Source: Pegethrix bostrychoides GSE-TBD4-15B
GTDB taxonomy: Bacteria; Cyanobacteriota; Cyanobacteriia; Elainellales; Elainellaceae
Direction of reading: 5' to 3'
NCBI GenBank assembly: GCA_019359155.1
Contig: JAHHHV010000073.1
Coordinates: 89,982-121,981, forward strand
DNA: 32,000 bases
The notes below the pieces were generated by a model. The model had not been told where the DNA came from. It saw only the letters and a list, made by a program, of their open reading frames with translations, and searched no databases. Positions 27,482 to 32,000 of the stretch are shown piece after piece. Each line of letters opens with the position of its first letter. The stretch's first letter is position 1. Made by a program: the position numbers and the translations under genes.

Positions 27482-27562
27482 GCAACAGTTGCAGCAGCAC
27501 AGCCACAGCTTATGAAGTGGATGGTCGATAGATCTTGTTGAAGAATCGATAGTTACAGTACG

Positions 27563-27585
27563 AAACGCTCTAATGCGACTCCTGA
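27563..27585. repeat. 23-nt repeat AAACGCTCTAATGCGACTCCTGA (copy 1)
   Basis: An identical 23-mer occurs at 28554-28576. Each copy lies 72-82 nt downstream of a TA operon stop codon. Confidence 0.8.
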
Positions 27586-27646
27586 TCAGATAGCGATGAC
27601 GCACAATCGATTGGCCTGAAAAAGAAATCTGATCGCAAACGCCCTG

Positions 27647-27831
27647 CTCGGCAGAGAGTGGCTGTTGCTGCGGAATAATTTAGCAGCAGAGAAGATCGCC
27701 AGCGCTCAGTCAATGGATGTCATGGTCTATGACTGGCTGGGGTTGGCGATCGTTCAGTCTCTGCGAACTGCGGTCGATGATTGAGTGAATTGAGCGATTG
27801 CGCTATCGCAGCAGGACGCTCATGAATTTGC
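27647..27831 (-). repeat. 3' flank plus last 8 codons of a deleted small-ORF copy (copy D remnant)
   Basis: About 185 bp highly similar to 30762-30937. It ends with ...KFMSVLLR-stop on the minus strand and then breaks off next to the higB promoter region. Confidence 0.8.
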
Positions 27832-27869
27832 GATGTGTGATAGCATGGGAGCCGTGATATTATGTCTTT

Positions 27870-28166
27870 ATGATTCGGTCATTTAAGAATTCTGGAACAG
27901 AAGATATCTTTAATGGTAAGTCATCTCAGTCAGCCCGAAAAATTTGTCCAGCTTCTTTGTGGAAGCGGGCAGGTCGAAAGCTCGATTTACTTGATTCCGT
28001 GATTACGTTGGATGAGCTACGAGTTCCATCTGGAAATCGATTGGAAGGATTGCAAGGTGATCGCAAAGGACAGTTCAGTATACGAATCAACGACCAGTAT
28101 CGAATCTGTTTCGCCTGGACGGATGTAGGCCCGGATGAAGTTGAAATTGTGGACTATCACGGATAG
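27870..28166 (+). CDS. higB: HigB-type (RelE-like) toxin
   Basis: 98 aa. MIRSFKNSGTEDIFNG...LRVPSGNRLEGLQGDRKGQFSIRINDQYRICFAW...VEIVDYH is the classic plasmid-maintenance killer protein pattern. Confidence 0.9.
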   Translation: MIRSFKNSGTEDIFNGKSSQSARKICPASLWKRAGRKLDLLDSVITLDELRVPSGNRLEGLQGDRKGQFSIRINDQYRICFAWTDVGPDEVEIVDYHG

Positions 28167-28182
28167 CAACCAGGAAGACCCT

Positions 28183-28482
28183 ATGAGAGTGCCCACCCAT
28201 CGACCCCCCACCCATCCAGGGGAAATGCTGCTAGAGGAATTTTTGGTTCCAATGGGATTAACTCAACGTGAACTGGCTGATGCTATTCATGTTCCATATC
28301 AGCGAGTGAATGAACTCGTTAAGGGAAAACGGGGCATGACACCGAGTACTGCATTGAGATTAGCTAAGTTTTTTGAGGTTTCTGCTGATTTTTGGATGAC
28401 GCTGCAATTGCGGTGGGATCTGTATCATGCTCAACAGGACGAGGCGCAGGATCTGGCAAAGATTCGGCCTCATGCGGTATGA
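28183..28482 (+). CDS. higA: HigA-type antitoxin (XRE HTH)
   Basis: HPGEMLLEEFLVPMGLTQRELADAIHVPYQRVNELVKGKRGMTPSTALRLAKFF. I use ATG 28183 rather than the track start 28135, which overlaps higB. Confidence 0.9.
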   Translation: MRVPTHRPPTHPGEMLLEEFLVPMGLTQRELADAIHVPYQRVNELVKGKRGMTPSTALRLAKFFEVSADFWMTLQLRWDLYHAQQDEAQDLAKIRPHAV

Positions 28483-28553
28483 CATGCTGGTGTTAAGGTG
28501 ATTGCTGCACCGTGGTAGTGGGCAAATCGTAATTGATCCTTGGGCAATCTGCT

Positions 28554-28576
28554 AAACGCTCTAATGCGACTCCTGA
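28554..28576. repeat. 23-nt repeat AAACGCTCTAATGCGACTCCTGA (copy 2)
   Basis: Identical to 27563-27585. Confidence 0.8.
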
Positions 28577-28625
28577 AGCGTTGCAGCAGGTTTATCAAGC
28601 GATGTTGGCAGAGTTGGCTCTGTAT

Positions 28626-28800
28626 GCAGCAGGACGCTCATGTATTTGCCGGGGGTAAAGGGGACGGGTAGCAGGGGAGAGAATTGGCTACGGTCGGTGG
28701 TGATTTGCTTGACGTACATCTCGCTGATGGTGTGGTTGACCTGTTCTCTGGTGCCGACGATCCAGATTTGGGTTCTGTGGTCGTGCAGGTTTTGAAGCTT
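28626..28800 (-). pseudogene. decayed copy of the 66-aa small ORF (copy C)
   Basis: The minus strand reads ...QIWIVGTREQVNHTISEMYVKQITTDRSQFSPLLPVPFTPGKYMSVLLH. There is no start codon in frame (a TGA lies upstream) and the stop is lost. About 70 percent nt identity to copy B. Confidence 0.7.
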
Positions 28801-28862
28801 TTTATCCGCTCCATAGAGCCATATTCATGTAATATTCGTAAAGGATTCGGCGAGAAAAACTG

Positions 28863-29822
28863 ATGGCTCAAGTAACATGCTTAGAAATCTGTGCTGGCGC
28901 TGGTGGTCAAGCCTTAGGGCTAGAGCAGGTAGGCTTTGAGCCTCAAGCACTTGTAGAGATTGATGGAGCTTGTTGTAACACTCTTAGATTTAATAGACCC
29001 CAGTGGAATGTCATAGAAGGCGATCTGAGAGACTTTGAGTGTAAACCATTTGAAGGAATTGATTTGTTGGCTGGAGGTGTACCTTGTCCTCCATTTTCAA
29101 AAGCAGGAAAGCAGTTGGGGAAAGAAGATGAGCGCGACCTTTTCCCTGAAGCTTTGCGTTTAGTAGATGAATGCAGACCTCGTGCTGTCATGTTAGAAAA
29201 CGTGCGAGGATTTTTAGATGCTGTTTTCGAAGATTATCGAGGTAATCTCAAACGACAGCTTGAAAAGATGGGATATGTAGCTGATTGGAGATTATTAAAT
29301 GCTTCTGATTTTGGGGTGTCACAACTTAGACCTCGCGTTGTTATCATAGCGATGCGCAAAGATTTATCAGAAAATTTCTTATGGCCAAAGTCTTATGGGC
29401 AAAATCCAGCAACTGTTGGGACACTTTTATATGATCAAATGGCATCACGAGGATGGAGAGGTGCTAAGAAATGGAAACGACAAGCTGATGATATTGCACC
29501 CACAATTGTTGGGGGGTCTAAAAAACATGGCGGCCCCGATTTAGGTCCTACTCGTGCTAAGCGAGCCTGGGCAAACTTGGGGGTAGATGGAATGGGCATA
29601 GCTAATGAGCCACCTGATCAAGACTTCTTGGGAATGCCCAAACTAACGGTTGAAATGGTTGCTAGGATACAAGGCTTTCCCGATGATTGGCATTTCACAG
29701 GCAAGAAAACCCCTGCATACCGTCAAGTGGGTAATGCATTTCCTCCACCCGTTGCTCAAGCTGTGGCAAGAGAGATTTATAACTGCTTGACTCACAGGAA
29801 AATATTTACAGTTGCCAGTTAA
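28863..29822 (+). CDS. DNA (cytosine-5) methyltransferase
   Basis: Motif I LEICAGAGGQALG, motif IV GGVPCPPFSKAGK, motif VI LENVRGF, motif VIII QLRPRVVIIA and motif X QVGNAFPPPVA. Confidence 0.9.
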   Translation: MAQVTCLEICAGAGGQALGLEQVGFEPQALVEIDGACCNTLRFNRPQWNVIEGDLRDFECKPFEGIDLLAGGVPCPPFSKAGKQLGKEDERDLFPEALRLVDECRPRAVMLENVRGFLDAVFEDYRGNLKRQLEKMGYVADWRLLNASDFGVSQLRPRVVIIAMRKDLSENFLWPKSYGQNPATVGTLLYDQMASRGWRGAKKWKRQADDIAPTIVGGSKKHGGPDLGPTRAKRAWANLGVDGMGIANEPPDQDFLGMPKLTVEMVARIQGFPDDWHFTGKKTPAYRQVGNAFPPPVAQAVAREIYNCLTHRKIFTVAS

Positions 29823-29833
29823 GTGGTTATCTC

Positions 29834-30430
29834 ATGTCAGAAAAGAGAGGCGCAAGAGCGAAACTCAGAGAACACTTTCTAAATAACATCGGAAGGGTTA
29901 TGGATTCTGATGAGCTTAGAGAAGTGGCGGGAGGTATTACGGAATGGGCAAGACGAGTAAGGGAGCTGCGATCAGAAGAAGGATATCAAATTCAAACCCA
30001 CAATGATAGGGGCGATTTAAAGCCTGGTCAATACATCCTCGAAGATCCTAAGCCAATTCCCGCTTTTGAAAGAGCAATATCTAAGGAAACACGGGCATAT
30101 GTTCTCGATAGGAATGGATTTACTTGTCAGATGTGTGGTGCTGTAGCTGGAGAGCCGCATCCCTATGACCTTACGAGAAAAACTCGATTGCATATTGGGC
30201 ACATAGTAGATAAATCTCAAGGAGGCACTGACGACCCATCAAATCTTCGTGCAATTTGCTCTGTGTGCAACGAAGGAGCCTCAAATTTAACTCTGGAAAG
30301 ACCATCAAACTTGAAACTTTTAGCACAGGTCAGACGGGCGAAAGGTAGTGATCAAGTTGAGCTTCTTAAGTGGCTTGTTCGGAAGTATCCAAAACAGACT
30401 GAGGAGTTTTTGGATGAGAACAATACCTAA
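29834..30430 (+). CDS. HNH-type endonuclease, probable cognate restriction enzyme
   Basis: 198 aa, starting 11 nt after the methyltransferase stop. HNH motif CQMCG...HIGHIVDKSQGGTDDPSNLRAICSVCN. Confidence 0.75.
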   Translation: MSEKRGARAKLREHFLNNIGRVMDSDELREVAGGITEWARRVRELRSEEGYQIQTHNDRGDLKPGQYILEDPKPIPAFERAISKETRAYVLDRNGFTCQMCGAVAGEPHPYDLTRKTRLHIGHIVDKSQGGTDDPSNLRAICSVCNEGASNLTLERPSNLKLLAQVRRAKGSDQVELLKWLVRKYPKQTEEFLDENNT

Positions 30431-30761
30431 CAATGGGGTCGTTAAGTCCAGGGGGCATTGGTAAAAGCAGTCTACTTGCAAACCTGATCGAGCAAATGGC
30501 TACGAGTAAAGCTTCGCCCGTAGATGAGCCATCGATCGAATAGTCAGACCCCAAAGAAGCACTGTTATCTCTCACAATGCCATTGCGATCACCCCCAAAG
30601 CGATTATCAGCTCTCATAATCTTGCTGTAGCTGTTGCAATGAGATTGTAATCGCTCACAATCCTGCTGTGAGATGATGCAATTTCAATGTGAACACTGAA
30701 ACTCTTGTTGTATAAAGCACATTAATTTAGTTATTCTACACTTAGGGTTGGAGGGCAACCA

Positions 30762-30937
30762 CTCGGCAGAGAGTGGCTGTTGCTGCGGAATAATTTAGTA
30801 GCAGAGAAGATCGCCAGCGCTCAGTCAATGGATGTCATGGTCTATTGCTGACTGGGGTTGGCGATCCTTCAGTTTCTGCAAACTGCGGTTGGTGGTTGAG
30901 CGATTGGGCTATCGCAGCAGGACGCTCATGTATTTGC
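30762..30937 (-). repeat. conserved 3' flank of the small-ORF module (copy B), partner of 27647-27831
   Basis: Identity read directly. Overlaps the last codons of ORF 30909-31109. Confidence 0.8.
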
Positions 30938-31109
30938 CCTGAGCAAAGGGTGCAGGAACCAACAGCGAGAATTGCCCTCGATCAGTAATCATCTGCTTGA
31001 CGTACATCTCGCTGATGATGTGGTTGACTTGTTCGCGGGTTCCGACGATCCAGATCTGTGCCTGATGGCCAAGCGAATCGCTCAGACGTTCGTTGAACTC
31101 TGTGGACAT
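30909..31109 (-). CDS. small conserved hypothetical protein (66 aa), repeated family copy B
   Basis: Identical to copy A except F->Y. I use ATG 31109 (MSTEFNERL), not the track's upstream 31163. Confidence 0.8.
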   Translation of the reverse strand: MSTEFNERLSDSLGHQAQIWIVGTREQVNHIISEMYVKQMITDRGQFSLLVPAPFAQGKYMSVLLR

Positions 31110-31139
31110 GGGTTTTGCCTCATATTGGGTATGGTTAAA

Positions 31140-31293
31140 GGACTTGAGGCTGCGGTTTCCCAAACCACATTCATGAACAAGGTGTGCGATCGATTAAGAT
31201 GAGCACAGCCCAGCCCTCCGCGTATACGGACGCTTGGGTTAGCTGGCTAGTCGTGTCGCAAGCACGTCTAGTCAGCGACCTCGCCTCAAGCCC
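31140..31293 (-). promoter_or_regulatory. conserved structured leader (copy B)
   Basis: Minus strand: closing stem GGGCTTGAGGC / GCCTCAAGTCC. The conserved hairpin GCTGACTAG...CTAGCCAGC corresponds to plus-strand 31242-31276. Confidence 0.55.
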
Positions 31294-31439
31294 AGGTTTT
31301 ACTGGCGTTGTGAGTGCCAGCTTGAAAAGCATAGAGCAAAAGGATGGGGTATGCAAGCCTGGAGTGTAAAACTGTCATCAAAGTTTGACTTTTCACCTAC
31401 GGATGAAATCTTCGGGTACGCGATATGGGTCGGATTGCG

Positions 31440-32000
31440 TCACTCTGGTTGTCTCAGTTTTGCTAGTTTCTGCGTTGCAAATTCTCGCACTTGTTCGTCA
31501 GGATCATGGTTGGCACGATCATTTACTAGCTCTAGCGTTTGAGGCTGGTCAGGATAGTTTCTGAGGAGCGCTTGTAGCGCAGTTTGACGAGGATTTTCTT
31601 CTCGATCTTGTTTACGCTCAAAGGGATCGTGTAGAGCACAATCGTACAGAAACTCAAACATTTCAGGTAAGTCTTTCCAGCCCCGAGCTAACTCTTGCAA
31701 TGCCGCACTACGCACAAAGAAATGATCATCACTTTGAGCACGGGTTTTGAGGATAGGTAAGGTCTCTGGGTCATCTTTCCAGCCCCGAGCTAACTCTTGC
31801 AATGCCGCACTACGCACAAAGAAATGATCATCACTTTGAGCGCGGGTTTTGAGGATAGGTAAGGTCTCTGGGTCGTCTTTCCAGCCCTGAGCTAACGCTT
31901 GCAATGCCGCATAACGCACACCTGAATTATCATCACTTTGAGCGCGGGTTTTGAGGATAGGTAAGGTCTCTGGGTCGTCTTTCCAGCCCTGAGCTAACGC
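31440..32000 (-). CDS. HEAT (PBS-lyase-like) repeat protein, C-terminal part; 5' end outside window
   Basis: The frame stays open to the window edge. 34-aa repeats WKDDPETLPILKTRAQSDDHFFVRSAALQELARG are encoded by near-identical 102-bp tandem units from 31672 onward. Confidence 0.8.
   Translation of the reverse strand, partial: ALAQGWKDDPETLPILKTRAQSDDNSGVRYAALQALAQGWKDDPETLPILKTRAQSDDHFFVRSAALQELARGWKDDPETLPILKTRAQSDDHFFVRSAALQELARGWKDLPEMFEFLYDCALHDPFERKQDREENPRQTALQALLRNYPDQPQTLELVNDRANHDPDEQVREFATQKLAKLRQPE

Noticed and set aside
26860-28640. Search for attC-like palindromes (RYYYAAC...GTTRRRY with paired arms) flanking the TA modules in the right-hand island
   Set aside because: Only isolated cores were found (e.g. 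GTTAGAT near 26966 and GCAACAGTTGC at 27483), with no pairing arms. This island does not use the attC family seen at 3-8 kb.
1-32000. tRNA, rRNA, tmRNA and CRISPR arrays
   Set aside because: Reading both strands, I found no cloverleaf-compatible segments, rRNA-like conserved blocks or repeat-spacer arrays. A tRNAscan, Infernal or CRISPR-finder run would be needed for certainty.

Overview
Cyanobacterial-type chromosomal segment (HLIP gene, Uma2 endonuclease, NACHT and HEAT-repeat proteins, HIP1-like GCGATCGC). GC-rich core genes (MscS-like channel, dnaE, thioredoxin/NHL protein, GT39 glycosyltransferase, purN, map) are interrupted by three visibly AT-richer accessory blocks. (1) 2.99-9.04 kb looks like a decayed chromosomal integron. 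An N-terminal fragment of an integron-type tyrosine recombinase (+ strand) faces a divergent minus-strand array of seven short genes: DUF5996-like, TMEM175-like channel, GST, clade-2 chlorite dismutase, P-loop kinase, VOC/glyoxalase and GNAT. These are separated by attC-like imperfect palindromes. (2) 21.4-25.3 kb is a tight four-gene operon and my best candidate for an undescribed conflict/defence system. It encodes an unknown 210-aa protein, an N-terminally extended QueC-like PP-loop enzyme that carries a frameshift, an XRE-ImmA/IrrE fusion with a degenerate HEXXH, and a PIN-like nuclease. (3) 26.4-31.4 kb holds an IS remnant, two RelE-superfamily TA pairs and a C5-methyltransferase/HNH restriction pair. 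These are interleaved with copies and remnants of a repeated module (structured ~160-nt leader + 66-aa ORF + conserved 3' flank). Another intact copy of that module abuts the truncated integrase at 9.1-9.5 kb. In the centre (15.0-17.9 kb) sits a NACHT STAND NTPase with an Ala/Leu/Asp/Arg repeat tract, next to a divergent XRE regulator. I recognised no rRNA, tRNA or CRISPR array. All family assignments come from reading motifs by eye; no searches were run.
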